The notes beneath the pieces are model-generated. The model was not told the DNA's origin. It saw only the letters and a program-made list of their open reading frames with translations, and searched no databases. A DNA stretch of 64,000 nucleotides from Trichodelitschia bisporula. Taxonomy: Eukaryota. This document shows, one piece after another, positions 1 through 12,622 of the stretch (its first letter is position 1; every line of letters begins with the position of its first letter). A program made the position numbers and the translations under genes. The stretch is taken from assembly GCA_010356995.1 (NCBI GenBank), contig ML996690.1, positions 1,458,217-1,522,216 of the forward strand, in the 5' to 3' direction.

Positions 1-539
1 TCTTGCTGCAAATGAACCTCAATTTGATATCAGGGTCCCTGCAGCGCGTCCAGTTCGTCAAAAGCTTCGTCTTGCGCTGTCATGGTAAAGTACCCTTCCT
101 TCAACATGTATCCGGCTAATTGGGATCAGCGTGCTTCAACATCGTCAGGGATATGAGCAAGCAGTTCTGCCCGCGGTGTGGGAAGCCCAGTCTCACGAGG
201 GTGTCTTGCTCAACAAGCCAATCGGGGGAGTTCAAACTGCATCTCAAGAAGAACATGCAATGGAACAAAAAGGGTGACCGCTACAGCATTCCCAAGCCCG
301 TTGCTGGGTCAGCGAGCGGACGTGTCATGGGTGGAGGCAAAGAAGGATGGGGCAACGAGCTCATTCTCGCCGAGGACCAAAAGGAGTATGTGCGTGCCAT
401 GGAGCAGCAGAAGAGACTGAAGCAAAGAGACCTTATGGATGAGGATTATCTGCCAGGAATCTTGACTGGAGATCGAGCAAAAACTGGCGGAAAGCTAAAA
501 GTGGGGGCTGGGAGGAACGTCAATTCGAGAAGGCGATAG
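1..539 (+). CDS. NOB1: 20S pre-rRNA D-site endonuclease Nob1, C-terminal part (5' end outside window)
   Basis: LLQMNL...FVLRCHACF...FCPRCG zinc ribbon after removing a GT-AG intron at 85-129; C-terminal ILAEDQKEY and GAGRNVNSRRR are typical of fungal Nob1. Confidence 0.92.
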
Positions 540-1032
540 AACTAGATGAGATATTGTGGTGCGCGGATACGTCTGTAATGCAATCACGGGCGATCTGTAA
601 ATTCGCATGATGCATGAGAAGCCTTTGCGATCGATGCTAAATGAAAGAGACTGCCATTGAAGTGAATTCCTGCTTTCCATTCTTAGCAGCCCATCATACT
701 GTAGCCTTCTCGAGACCATAGGGCCAAAGAGCTTGATGCGGCGGGTTAGGGGTCATTTCGGCGAGGAGGTATGCGAATGGCCCAAGGCCGCCCGAAAAAT
801 TCGAGGTTCATCTCTCTATAGTGTTTAGGACTGCCCAGAGCGAGGGTTTGTAGAATCCAGAAGCAGAGACTATTAGGGAGGACAGCCACGACTTCTTTTT
901 GGGTACCCCTTGGCCGGTGCGGCTACGGTAGTGCTGGCACTTGGCCGGAGCGGGGGAACGCTCGGCCGGCCCGATAATTTTTTGAACCTTTGCGACCCCA
1001 TCCTCCAAGTAGCAAACATTCAGCACCTAACG

Positions 1033-3351
1033 ATGTCGCCGAAATCGAAGCGACCGAGACTTTCTGGAGGCCCTTCGCAGGCAGAACCCGCATCCGTGGA
1101 CTCCACCGACGGCGCCTCCGCCAAACCCGTCAAGGCGCAATCCCGCCGCTCACTCTTCGTCCGCTCCCTCCCTCCGTCCACCACCACCGACGACCTCACC
1201 GAACTCTTCTCCGGATCGTACCCGATCAAACATGCTGTGGCGGTAACGGATGGCCAGACAAAGAAGTGCAAAGGCTATGGCTTCGTCACTTTCGCCGACG
1301 CCGAAGACGCGGAGCGGGCGCAGACCGAGTTTGACGGCTTTGCGTTCAAGGGCCAAAAGATCAAGGTCGAGGTGGCTGAGCCGCGGCACAGAGGAGAGGA
1401 TGCGCCCGCTGAGAGTGAGCGCATTGCCAAGCGCCCCGGCAACCAGGAGCATCAACCACCGCCGAAGTTGATCGTCCGCAACTTACCTTGGAGCATCAAC
1501 ACTCCGGACAAGCTTACCAAGCTGTTCCTTAGCTACGGCAAGGTCAAGCATGCGGTTGTTCCCAAGAAGGCGTCCGGACTTATGATGGGTTTCGGGATCG
1601 TGGTGATAAGGGGAAAGAAGAATGCGGAAATGGCTCTGCAGGGCGTTAATGGCCGGGAGGTGGACGGCCGCACACTTGCGGTCGATTGGGCGGTCGACAA
1701 GGAGACGTGGCAAAAGACAAATGGAGAAAAGGATGATAAGGAGGAGAGTATGATGCACGATAATGAGGAAGAGGAAGATGAAAGTGACGGCGGAGCAATG
1801 CTCTCTGAGCATGATGCAGAAGATGCTGAGGACGAGGACGCAGAAGACGATGAGGACGTTGATGAGGATGAGGATGAAGAAGATGAAGACGACGATGATG
1901 AGCACGATGAAGACGATGAAAACGAGGACGAAGACGAAGACGAAGAGAAACCCCCTCCGCGCCCTCAGACAACAGACTCGACCATCTTCATCAGGAACCT
2001 TCCCTTCACATGCGGTGACGAAGAACTACAGGAGCACTTCGAGGAATTTGGTGGTGTGCGCTACGCCCGCGTTGTTATGGACCATGCCACGGGTATGTCC
2101 CGCGGAACTGGCTTTGTGTGCTTCTACAAAAAGGAGGATGCCGACGCGTGTCTCAAGGACGCGCCCCAGTCGCAGGCCCCGACCCATACTCATACCAAGG
2201 GGCCCTCTCTCCTTCAAGACGAGTTTGCGGATCCGAGCGGTAGATACACCATGGACGGCCGTGTGCTGCAGTTGGCCCGCGCCGTCGACAAGAGCCAGGC
2301 CGTCCGGCTCACAGAAGAGGGGACTCAGCGCCGCACGGTCCGCGATGGCGACAAGCGCCGACTATATCTGCTCCACGAGGGCACCATTGCGTCCAACACA
2401 CCGCTATACCAGCTGCTCTCGCCGTCGGAAATAGCTATGCGTGAAGCCAGCTTGAAGCAGCGTAAAGGACTGATCGAGAAGAACCCCTCGTTGCATCTCA
2501 GCTTGACGCGTCTGGCAATCCGCAATATTCCCCGCACCGTCACATCCAAGGATCTCAAGGCGCTCGCACGGCAGGCCATAGTCGGCTTCGCCAAGGACGT
2601 CAAGGCGGGCAAGCGTCAACCATTGTCGAAGGAAGAGCTGGCGCGCGGCGGAGAGGAAATGGCGGCGATTGAACGCGACCGACGTGCCAAGGGCAAGGGC
2701 GTTGTCAAGCAGGCCAAGATTGTATTCGAGAGCACCGACGGGTCGAAGATCGCCGAAGGCGAGGGCGCAGGCCGCAGCCGTGGATACGGGTTTGTCGAGT
2801 ACCACACACATCGGTCGGCGCTCATGGGCCTGCGATGGCTCAACGGGCACGCCATTGACTACAAAGCGCTCGAGACGAGCAAGAAACCGGCACCAGAGGA
2901 CCTGAAGGACCGAAAAAAGCGCCTCATTGTCGAGTTTGCCATTGAGAATGCGCAGGTGGTTCAGAGACGCAAGGAGCGGGAGCGTAAGGAGCACGACAAT
3001 CCACGGCCTGCGGGAGGTCGCGGCCCAGGAGTCCGGCCGGGCTTTAAGGACACGTCTCGGCATCGCAAGCGGAAGAGAGATGCCGATGGCGAAGATCCCG
3101 AGACAGTCGCTAAACCTGACGCTGTTGAGCGCGGCGCGAAGCGATCCCGACCCATGGGGAAGGGGAATAGGGCCAAAGGACAGGCTGCAGCTGGGAAGCC
3201 TGCTGGCGATGGCAAGTCGGTCGGCGCCGGCAAGGCCGGCAGTACGAGTGGTGGAGGAGGGACAGCGCCTAAGGCGAAGAATCAGGAGGGCAGGCCGAAT
3301 GGCCATTTCCGCCGGGCAAAGGCGCATCAACAAGGGAAGGGCAAGAAATAG
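1033..3351 (+). CDS. NOP4: Nucleolar multi-RRM protein Nop4/RBM28
   Basis: Four RRMs (KGYGFVTF, LIVRNLPW, IFIRNLPF/RGTGFVCF, SRGYGFVEY), acidic tract, DKRRLYLLHEG and RLIVEFAIEN motifs; first ATG at 1033. Confidence 0.95.
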   Translation: MSPKSKRPRLSGGPSQAEPASVDSTDGASAKPVKAQSRRSLFVRSLPPSTTTDDLTELFSGSYPIKHAVAVTDGQTKKCKGYGFVTFADAEDAERAQTEFDGFAFKGQKIKVEVAEPRHRGEDAPAESERIAKRPGNQEHQPPPKLIVRNLPWSINTPDKLTKLFLSYGKVKHAVVPKKASGLMMGFGIVVIRGKKNAEMALQGVNGREVDGRTLAVDWAVDKETWQKTNGEKDDKEESMMHDNEEEEDESDGGAMLSEHDAEDAEDEDAEDDEDVDEDEDEEDEDDDDEHDEDDENEDEDEDEEKPPPRPQTTDSTIFIRNLPFTCGDEELQEHFEEFGGVRYARVVMDHATGMSRGTGFVCFYKKEDADACLKDAPQSQAPTHTHTKGPSLLQDEFADPSGRYTMDGRVLQLARAVDKSQAVRLTEEGTQRRTVRDGDKRRLYLLHEGTIASNTPLYQLLSPSEIAMREASLKQRKGLIEKNPSLHLSLTRLAIRNIPRTVTSKDLKALARQAIVGFAKDVKAGKRQPLSKEELARGGEEMAAIERDRRAKGKGVVKQAKIVFESTDGSKIAEGEGAGRSRGYGFVEYHTHRSALMGLRWLNGHAIDYKALETSKKPAPEDLKDRKKRLIVEFAIENAQVVQRRKERERKEHDNPRPAGGRGPGVRPGFKDTSRHRKRKRDADGEDPETVAKPDAVERGAKRSRPMGKGNRAKGQAAAGKPAGDGKSVGAGKAGSTSGGGGTAPKAKNQEGRPNGHFRRAKAHQQGKGKK

Positions 3352-3678
3352 CCTTGGTCTCTGTCATCTCAGTTGTAAAAATAGTACAGCATATTCAGAT
3401 GCACTTCAGACCTAATATTTTAGACCATTATACCGGAATAACGTTACTGCAGTACATGAATGCCGTAGAGTCGCGATCGTGGGGCAATCACGATCGTATC
3501 GCTTTATTTTTGGTGTTGAGGCGCACAGACGCGAAGCCCCCGTCCGTGTAAGAAAAGTCCTAGCTCCCGCTCTACCGCCTCGTCACCGATCGGAGAGCCG
3601 CGACTTCTTGGACCAGCCCAGGCCTAGGAGCGATGATGTAGTGGCTGGATCTGAAAGCTGGCTCTTACACACACCACC

Positions 3679-5053
3679 ATGACATCGCTTCCGTCCCTCA
3701 CGGCCCGTCTCAACGCCCTTTCCGAAAATCATAAGACGACTCTTTTGCTGATAAACCGGCTCGCAAAGCTCTCCTTCCAGCCAGGCTCGTTACCACCCGA
3801 CAGCACTGCTGGCGACGTGCGCATCGAACTCAGCGCCGATATCCACGAGAGTTTGAAGCGGCACGAAGAGGAACTTGAGCTCCTGCGGCAGGAAGTCGAA
3901 GACTTGCGGGACGACTCGCACGGGCAACGGAGACGCGAAAGCGAGCGCGACAGAGAGGCAACGCGGGTGCGCATTCAGGTTGCGCGGCTGGGCGAGGACC
4001 TCAGACAGTACGCCATACGTAGCTATACATCCTGCCTCTACTGACTGTCTTCACAGCGCACGGGGTCAGTTCCGCAAAGCTCAGCTCCAGGCGAAGCGAA
4101 GTGCCGAAGCAGCGAAGCAGAAGGAGCGTGAGATATTCCTTGCGAGCTTGCAGCGTATTCCCGAGACGCCGACTGCGAGTAGTCCACCTCTACCAGCAGC
4201 AAACCGTCGCCAAGAAAGGAAGAAGCTCACCGACGACGAGATCGTTGTGAATGCGGCAAGCGACGTGACGGCGGCGCTGAGAAGGACGCAACAGTTGATG
4301 CAGACGGAGCTGACACGGTCACGATTCGCACAAGAGACGTTTGATCAGTCGACAGCGGCGCTGGCCCAACTCTCAGAACAGTACTCTAATCTCGACTCCC
4401 TGCTCAGTGCCTCGAAGTCACTGCTTTCCACACTAGTCACGAGCCAGAAGAGCGACACCTGGTATCTCGAGACCGCGTTTTACATCCTCGTCACCACTAT
4501 TTCCTGGCTTGTCTTTCGCCGGTTACTGTACGGACCACTTTGGTGGTTTCTCTGGCTCCCTATCAAGCTCTTGTATCGGTTTACCGCTACCATCCTCACC
4601 GGAGTTGGGATCGTCGGAACCTCGAGAGCGGTCTCTAATACGTCGTCTACACTTTCAATCAGTGCAGTACCCTCATTCTCTTCGGCAACACAAGAACCAG
4701 AAGTGTCCCCCGACTCGAGTGTCTATCTATCATCCCACACCAATCCCGAAGGAAGCATCTCGGAAGAAATCGGTAGCATGGCTGAGCAAAGTCGGTACGA
4801 AGCGAAGGGACAGGGCGAACCGGTGCGCCGTGGTGACGGACAGATCCTTGAAGAGTCTGATGCGCCCCGCAATCCGAAGAAACGGGTGCTCAATTTGGCT
4901 ACAGAGGAACAGGCGCAATTAGATAACAAAGACGAACTTGCGAGGAGAGGCGATGACCAGATTCTAGAGAAGACGGAGCAGCCGAGGAATCCTCACAAAA
5001 GGATGCTGGATACGGAGGCAGTGCAACAGGATGGGAACCGGGATGAATTATGA
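3679..5053 (+). CDS. SEC20: ER SNARE Sec20
   Basis: Two exons (intron about 4008-4056); ASDVTAALRRT...SRFAQET coiled coil followed by a TM segment (KSDTWYLETAFYILVTTISWLVFRRLLYGP). Confidence 0.9.
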
Positions 5054-5753
5054 TTTATCTGTAGTCCTATGTAGCATTGCCCTACCTGCATATAAACGGT
5101 CCCTCGCACTGCTTCGCCGGTGTCCATCACATTGATTGTATGTGAAGTCTATGGTCTTCGCAGGACAGTATCCTGCCACTTCCGCGCCTCGAGCCGGACC
5201 ACGGGTATCTAGACGTGGATTTCTAAACTTTTTATTTACTGCAAAATCCTTCACAGTCACACTTGATCCCTGATACCTAGTATTCCTAGTGCCGGATGCT
5301 CGAGCGGGGTGTACACTTCAGCAGATGCTGCTGAGGCCCGGTTTGACATCGGGTAAACGAGTCTCCGGAGTAGTGTCAGAATCTCATTGCCGGGTCCTGG
5401 CACTAGCTGCATGAGAGGGAGGGCTGCAACTTTGCCGTCTGCATTCAAACGATAAAGCATCTGCTCCCGGAGTCGATCAAAGTACGGTACCGCCACCTAT
5501 TGTTAGCACAAAGGAGAAGAGCATCGCAATATAATTCCTTTCCTTTCTTTCAAATCAAGTCTACCAAGTAGCGTCTTTCATGTACCGCGCATGAGCTTTT
5601 GTGCAGCTTCCGACCGCAGCACGCTGACTAGCCCCCAACAGAGGGTGTGTCAACCTTCTATCAACATTCTCATCCTCACCCAAATCACCACTCCGGTCAA
5701 CCACCCCACCAGACCTACGGAGTTGAACAACGCTTCGGGCGCTTTTTGCCAAA

Positions 5754-7063
5754 ATGGAGAAAGCGCATATACTCGCTCGCATGACTGCTCGTGCCTTTTA
5801 CGATATGGACCACGTGGTAGTTGTTGACGCTTTGGCCACTCACATCTCGCAAGTACCGCCTCTACTGCCCTGCTGCTTCTACTAACAGCAGCAAGGATGC
5901 CAATTGAGGATTTGCGCCAGGTGTTTACCAACACGGGAAAGAACAAGCAGGATATCCAGAAGTTGTGCGGTCGGCTCCGTGAGGGCGGGCTTGTGTCTGT
6001 GTATGAACAACCGCGCACCCCCTTGATATCCTCCGCTCACACGTGATTCAGGTATACGCGCCAGGAGACCAAGGCGGGCGCCCAGAAGCCGACTGCCGTA
6101 GAGTACTACTACGTCGATCCGCGTCGCGCTGTTGATGCGACCAAATATCGTCTACATATGGTCGAGGAGCAGTTGCGCAAAATAGCACGCCCCACAACCG
6201 AAAAGAAAGAGTTCTCCTGTCCCCGCTGCAAGGCCGAGTGGACTCAGATGGATGTCCTCGACAGTGTTGATCCCGCCGGCCGTGGGAGCGGGTTCGTCTG
6301 CAAGCGGTGCAGTACGGTTCTCGACTATCACCCCAACGACCCCGAAACCGAGGAAGCCGACGGGCCTCTCGGGCAGTTCAATAAGCAACTGGGATGGCTG
6401 ATTCAGTTGCTACGCGAGGTCGACAATACTACCGTCCCTGAGCTCACGGGTGAGGCTGCTCTCGAGGCGCAGCGCCCCATTCCTCGGGAGGCAACTTACG
6501 ATTTTGCCCACAACTTTGAGACGGCTGCCCCTGCCAAGCGCCCCTCTGCGGTCAAGGGAATGGCCACTGCACCTGCTAAGATCGAGGTGAAGATCACCAC
6601 CGACCAGGAGAGGAGTGCCGCCCAGCAAGCCGCAGCCGCCGAGGAGAAGGCTAAGCTGGCCCACCAGAACCAACTTCCTGCGTGGCATACTCAGTCCACG
6701 GTCTCTAAGGAAGCAGCAGCGACTGGGAATCATGCTCAACCTTCCCGAAGTGAAGAAACGCTTGCTCCACTCGGTTCTGGAGAGCCGGAGGAGAAGAAGC
6801 CCGGAGGTAATGATTTGTTTGACTCTTACTTCCAGGCCCTTGAGGAGGAGCGGCGGGCGCTGGCACAACAGCGGAACGAAGACGAAGAAATGGAGGATGA
6901 AGACGAAGATGAAGAGGAAGAGTTCGAAGATGTGCCGACAGAGTCCCTCGCTGTCAAGCGGCCGAAACTGGAGGCGTCCACCCCGGCGGATGACTCTGCT
7001 ACCACTACGCCTGCCGCTCCCCCCCAGGAGGATTCGGAAGAGGAATTCGAGGATGTGGCATAG
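5754..7063 (+). CDS. TFA1: TFIIE alpha subunit
   Basis: Spliced N-terminus MEKAHILARMTARAFYDMDHVVVVDAL...KLCGRLRE...EYYYVD; zinc ribbon CPRC...CKRC; NQLPAWH motif; acidic C-terminus EEEFEDV. Confidence 0.92.
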
Positions 7064-7698
7064 GTAGCTAGTTCAACATTTTTTGTATAGGCATTTCACC
7101 TGGAGCGACGAGGCATGATGGGGTTCCTGGGATGTGAGTATTGCATGATTGTACTGTTGCCCCTGACCCCTAACTGTACTGACGTCTACTAGCTGGACGG
7201 ACTGGGGACGCATTACCCGTACCTTCAGTGGCGTAAGTTGTGTTACAGGCGTTGAGATGTATCCTGTGGCCTTGTAGCGAGATCGAAGAATAAAATTGTA
7301 AAGCAGCGTCATATTCGGGCGAGGCAGCCTTCCCGAGTGATCATGGCATGTCATCTTGCAAGAGTGAAAATCCAACTTCCAACCCATCAACTGTGACTCC
7401 GCTTTGCTATCCTGAGCAGTCCGAATAGCAGCAGCAGAAGTCCAATGGCCTAAGGGTATATTGTCCGGTCTTCGCACCTGGACTTCTACGGGTGTTTTAC
7501 GGCGTGAGGCCGGACGAGCTATGGAGCTAGTTCCGCACAGCAAAAAGTCGTTGCCGCCACTCATGCCATTTCCCACCAAATCCAGATGCCAAGGCAGAAA
7601 AGTCAGGGAGCGTTATCGATAAGCTAGACCCACCATCAAACCTCCCTCACTTTGACTCTCGACGCCCGCAGTATAACACTTTTTCACATACCCGCAAA

Positions 7699-9137
7699 AT
7701 GCCTCGAGCACCCCGCCCCTCACAGGCTGAAGCCTTCGCTCACCGGCCCCTTGCCGACGAATACTCCCCGGCCGTACAGTTTAAGCAAAAAGCGCCCAAG
7801 AAGCGCAAGAGCCGTCAGGATGAGGAGACGGAGGAGCATGTTATCAACACAAAGGCGTCGCGCAAGATCTTACGTATAGGCCAGGACCTCGCCGATGAAG
7901 ATGCCGAGGAACAGAATGCGAAATACGTGCCGACGCACAATCCCGCATTTGACTTTCAAGACCGCCTAGGCGAGGCGCAAGACGACGAGGAGGAGGCCGA
8001 AGAGGAAGCGGAGGAGTGGGGTGATGAGGAGATTCAAGAAGTCACAGTTGAGGTATGTGCCTTGATCTATATACGTGTTCTCGGTTAACAGCGCAGGACA
8101 TGGATCCCAGTGACCTCGCACTCTTCAACCGCTTCAACCCACCAGCTTTTGATGACCCGATATTGCGAGGGTTCGAAGAAGCTGAGCCGACTACAAACCT
8201 GGCGGACCTTATCCTGGAGAAGATCGCGCAGCACGAGGCTGCAGAGGGGCGGGAGCCTCGAGAAGACGAAATGACTGAGCTGCCTCCAATGGCCGTCGAG
8301 GTGTACACACAGGTTGGCCTGATTCTCTCGCGATACAAGTCCGGCAAACTCCCGAAACCCTTCAAGCTCCTCCCCACACTCCCTCCTCCGATGCTCGAGC
8401 TTATTATCCCTCTAACCGTGCCCGAGAAGTGGACTCCCAATGCCATCTTCCAGGCGACGCGCCTCTTCATCTCCTCGAACTCAACCATCTCCCAGGGGTT
8501 CCTCACCAACATCCTGCTCGACAGGGTGCGTGACGACATTCAAGAGCACCGCAAGCTTAATGTTCATCTATACGATGCAGTTAAGAAGGCACTCTACAAG
8601 CCCAAGGAGTTTTTCAAGGGCTTCCTGTTTCCCCTCGTTAGCAGCGGTACATGCACACTGCGTGAGGCGCACATTGTGGCCAGTGTTTTGACGAAGGTTT
8701 CAATTCCCGTACTTCACAGCGCGTATGCTCTTACACGCCTGTGCGAGTTGGCAGCCGAGCAGATGAGCCTCGACACGGAAGCGGCGGGCGCAACGAACGT
8801 CATCATCAAAGCGCTTTTGGAGAAGCGCTACGCGCTACCGTATCAGACGGTGGACGCCCTCGTCTTCCACTTCCTCCGCTTCCGGCCCATGGACGACGCG
8901 GCCGACCAGCGACTGCCCGTCATCTGGCACCAATGCTTCCTGGCCTTTGCGCAGCGATACCGCAACGAGATCACCGAGGACCAACGCGAGGCACTGCTCG
9001 ACTTGTTACTCTCGCGAGGGCACAAGGATATTGGTCCTGAGATCCGGCGAGAGTTGCTCGCGGGCCGGGGGCGGGGAGTTGTGGTTGAACCGGGGGCGGT
9101 GAATGGGGGAGATGATACACTCATGGGAGATGCGTAA
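7699..9137 (+). CDS. ENP1: Bystin / Enp1 (pre-40S factor)
   Basis: LSRYKSGKLPKPFK, WTPNA, KLNVHLY, LPVIWHQCFLAFAQRY bystin motifs; one intron about 8053-8096. Confidence 0.95.
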
Positions 9138-11473
9138 ATCAAGTCTTTACTATGAAAAATGAGTCGGCTTGTATTGTCTATCTGCTTCCTTCGATGTGCT
9201 ACTAACTGTACTGAAATCATTGATACGGGAAGCTAGAACTAGCAGGCAATTCCTGCACGACATACGCGTGCCGAACACACCGGCCCGCGGCACGGGTCGG
9301 TCCATATGATGCCATCACGGCGAGGAAGGGATGAGGCGCGGGACGCACCGCGCCGCCACTTGGCGCTCGGGGACGATGGCTGAGTACTGAGTACCCGAGC
9401 GCATCTCGTACCCGCGTATCTCGTACCGTGCGCTGGTACCGGCATCGCGGGATGGCTAGACGCTAAAGGTTGGGGCGCTGAGTGTGATGCTAGTTGCGCA
9501 CATTTCCACTCCCTTAGGCTCACAACGTCCGTAGAGGTGAGGTTCCATGGATCACTGTACATGGTATCATGGGCTCACTGTCTGTGAATTGGGTTCACTC
9601 ATGGCGCTATCCTGTTCACTCATGGCGCTGTCCTTTGGCCTTAAAAGCCATTCGCTGCCGCCATCTTCTTGAATTCCTCACCCCTTTCTCTCCGGAGTTC
9701 CAAGATCAAAATTTCTCAGCTCCGGCTTCTCCAGCCTCTGAGTTTCATTGCTTCCAGTTCTTCAGCTTACAAATCTCAAGCGAATTCGGCGGGGCCGATA
9801 ACAAACAATATGGCGACTGACGATAGCAGGACCGGGGCGACACCGCCCGCATCGGACCCGGAGCATGGCGAACGGAACTACACGAGCCGGCCCAGCACGG
9901 CCCGCGATCCCGACGTCTCAGGGATTCACCGGATTTCGGGGGAGATTATTGACGTCCTCGGCTCTCCCTCGCCTCCCGCACTCTTTATCTTCGTCTCCCC
10001 CGCCCTATTTGCGACACCTACTGCGCCGTCTCGACGCAGCAAATGATGCTCGACATCTCATTCAACGACATCGAACGCGAAACGCGCTGGTGCGCCTTGT
10101 GCCATGACCGCGTGGAGCTACCGCACCCCATGTTCCCGGAGGAACCCATTGAATACGACTGTCCGGGTCTCCGTGGGCCCCCCGACCCGGTGGTTCAGCC
10201 GCCGGCGGGCGTTTATATGCCTCCGACACGCGGAGCGCATGTGGCGAGATGACTGCGATCACATGGAAGAAAGTATTTTTTTACGCCCCTGGTCCCTCGT
10301 CAAGTCGCGTTGGTGCCTGCATTGTGGGCGCCTGTCGCCGTATGATAGGGGTCCTTATAGGAGGACGGACGGAGCGGGCGCCAGGTGGTGCTCGTGTGAC
10401 TGTGAGTGTCCGTAGCCGGAGGTGGAAGTTTGGACGTGGTGCAAACTAGGCGAGGCATACGGGCAAGCCGTTTGTTGGCAGGTAGATCGTGGTTCGGGGT
10501 GTCATCCCGTTTACCTTGATATATTTTGGCCCGAACTTGCAGGATTTGATCCGATGGAGCCGTTCGAATGAGAATTTTGTTTTGCTAACTGTTGGTCTAG
10601 AACCTGAACCGCGAAGATTATAATGTGGTGATGCCTGAACGAGGTGTACTGTGCAAAAGACGCGGGTCGCCGGGTGTAGCTGGACGAATATTGCTCAATA
10701 TGCCTGTCTTTGAGGTTCGTCAATTGCGTCTTGAAGGTCAAGCACCCGTTCCCGGAACGAAGTATACTATCAAGCATGCCGTATACACATACTACAAACT
10801 ACATGAGCTACGCTCATACTCCAGTATAGGCCCTCTGGTTGCATCCAAACCTGTTCCCGCGCCGCTCAAATTGCCCCAGCTCCTTAAGCTTCCCAATAAG
10901 CCTAACTGCATCCTCGACCTCCCCCCCTCCCTTCCGCGCCCTCAACCTGCGCTGTTTTCAACCGCGCACTAACATCGATCCCTATGTCCTTAAGCATCTT
11001 ATAGACTAACGAGTTCTTATTCTCCTTCATAGTTTTCGGTAAGCTCTTGAATCGCGGCTCATTCTGCCCTTGATCCATCCCCTTGCACTTTACCTCGATT
11101 ATAAGTCACTGCGTGTTCACTGCATTTGTGGATGAGGCTTTGTATGAATTCGAGCTACCTTTCTTTTCCACACCTGACCTATGAGTATACATTTGAGTGC
11201 TGGGACCAGAACCCCCCTGTCATGTAAGGGAGCCTACGTATCCGATATCAAGTCTGCCTCCGTCAACAATTTGGAAAAGCGTAGACACTGGCTTCAGGAA
11301 ACTGATAGGGCGTTAACGAAAAACTTCGCTTGACTTTGTAGTAACCTTAATATTCTGAACTTAGTAATGGAATGTTCTGTCGCTTTGAGTTAAGCTTACC
11401 TCTACATGTCGGTAAATCAGCAAGATTCGTTCAGATGAACCCAGTCGAAATTTCTAGAGCTGAAGCACCTTGC

Positions 11474-12622
11474 TCACGAGCTATCGAAGCTAATCATGGA
11501 CACTGTATCAAGCTGGGACCGGGGGTTTCCGTTGTGACTGCCTGGCTTTGCCGGCACCAAGGCTTTGATGTTGCTGATCTCTGACGAGTCCTTCGTTAAC
11601 CCGCGCTTATCCGCACGAGTGCATGGCTGTTTACCGAGGACTCGCTTGATGTAGTTGAGTCGCTTCGGATTCGCAGCAAGCTTGTGCTGTACCTTCTGGA
11701 GCACTTCTTCCGTCGGCTTCCACCCCGGAGGAGCGAGATCAGGGTCAATTACCCAGCACTTCCAATAGAGATGGACCAGGCCGCAGAGACACTTTTGCAC
11801 TTTATCTTCATCTTCTGCCTTCTTTTCCTTGTTCTTGAGCGCCATGTCGCTTTGACCAGTGTTGACGGGAAGCTTGACTGGGGCTTTTTCAGGCGTCTCC
11901 TTGAGATTGTGAACAGTTGGCTCTTGGCTATTCATCTCTATCATGTGATCTTGGAAGTCTTTGACCAACTCCTCGAGGTTGATATCAGGCTTGACCTTCT
12001 GGAGGTACCCCTTCTTTGCGATGTAGTAGGAGTATTGATCAGCCTTGATGGCCTCGAGGAAGTCGAGAATGGCGACGCGAGTGAAGAAGCATTGGTACCC
12101 CTGCCCTTGCTCCTCCAGAATGAGCCATTTTTGGCACCAGACGAACATGTTAGGAGAGCCGTAGCTCTTGCGGTGAAGGGCATATTCGCGTTCGATGTCT
12201 TCCTTGATGCTGGCTTCGCTCGGCGCGACTCTCGCTTGAAGGCGATGGAACTGGTCCGTAGGCGTTTCGCACTTGGCGATTGCATCCTTCAGGAGCCCCG
12301 AAACTGTCGAGATGATGAAGTTCCTAATGCTGACGGCTACCTGGTTGCGCTGGCGACGCGCTTCATCCATAATCTTCCACAGGTCGGCAGCGATGGTTCC
12401 GGCTTCGAGTTTTTCGGCAAAAGGGTCGCTCCCGATGCGCTTTTCCTTGGACCACGGGTCCTTGAAGTCGTTAGGCAGCTGAAGATCCATGTTGATTAAG
12501 TGTTCTCCGCTGACAGTGAGGACATAGTCGTTGAGCTGTTGTTTCCACTTCACCCAGGACTCCTCATCGCGCAAGATGATGCGCTTTCCAGCGAAGGCAC
12601 TGACGTCGGGTTTTGGTTCCAT
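11474..12622 (-). mobile_element. Ty1/copia-type Gag-like ORF without pol or LTRs
   Basis: 382-aa ORF from ATG 12622 with a CLCGLVHLYWKC zinc-knuckle variant followed by APPGWKP, a pattern typical of fungal copia Gag; no intact pol frame downstream. Confidence 0.65.

Noticed and set aside
910..1032. N-terminal extension of NOP4 from TTG 910 (similar non-ATG starts for ARO2, NBP35, LEU4 in the ORF track)
   Set aside because: Artefact of a prokaryote-style ORF caller; eukaryotic ATG starts and introns explain the genes.
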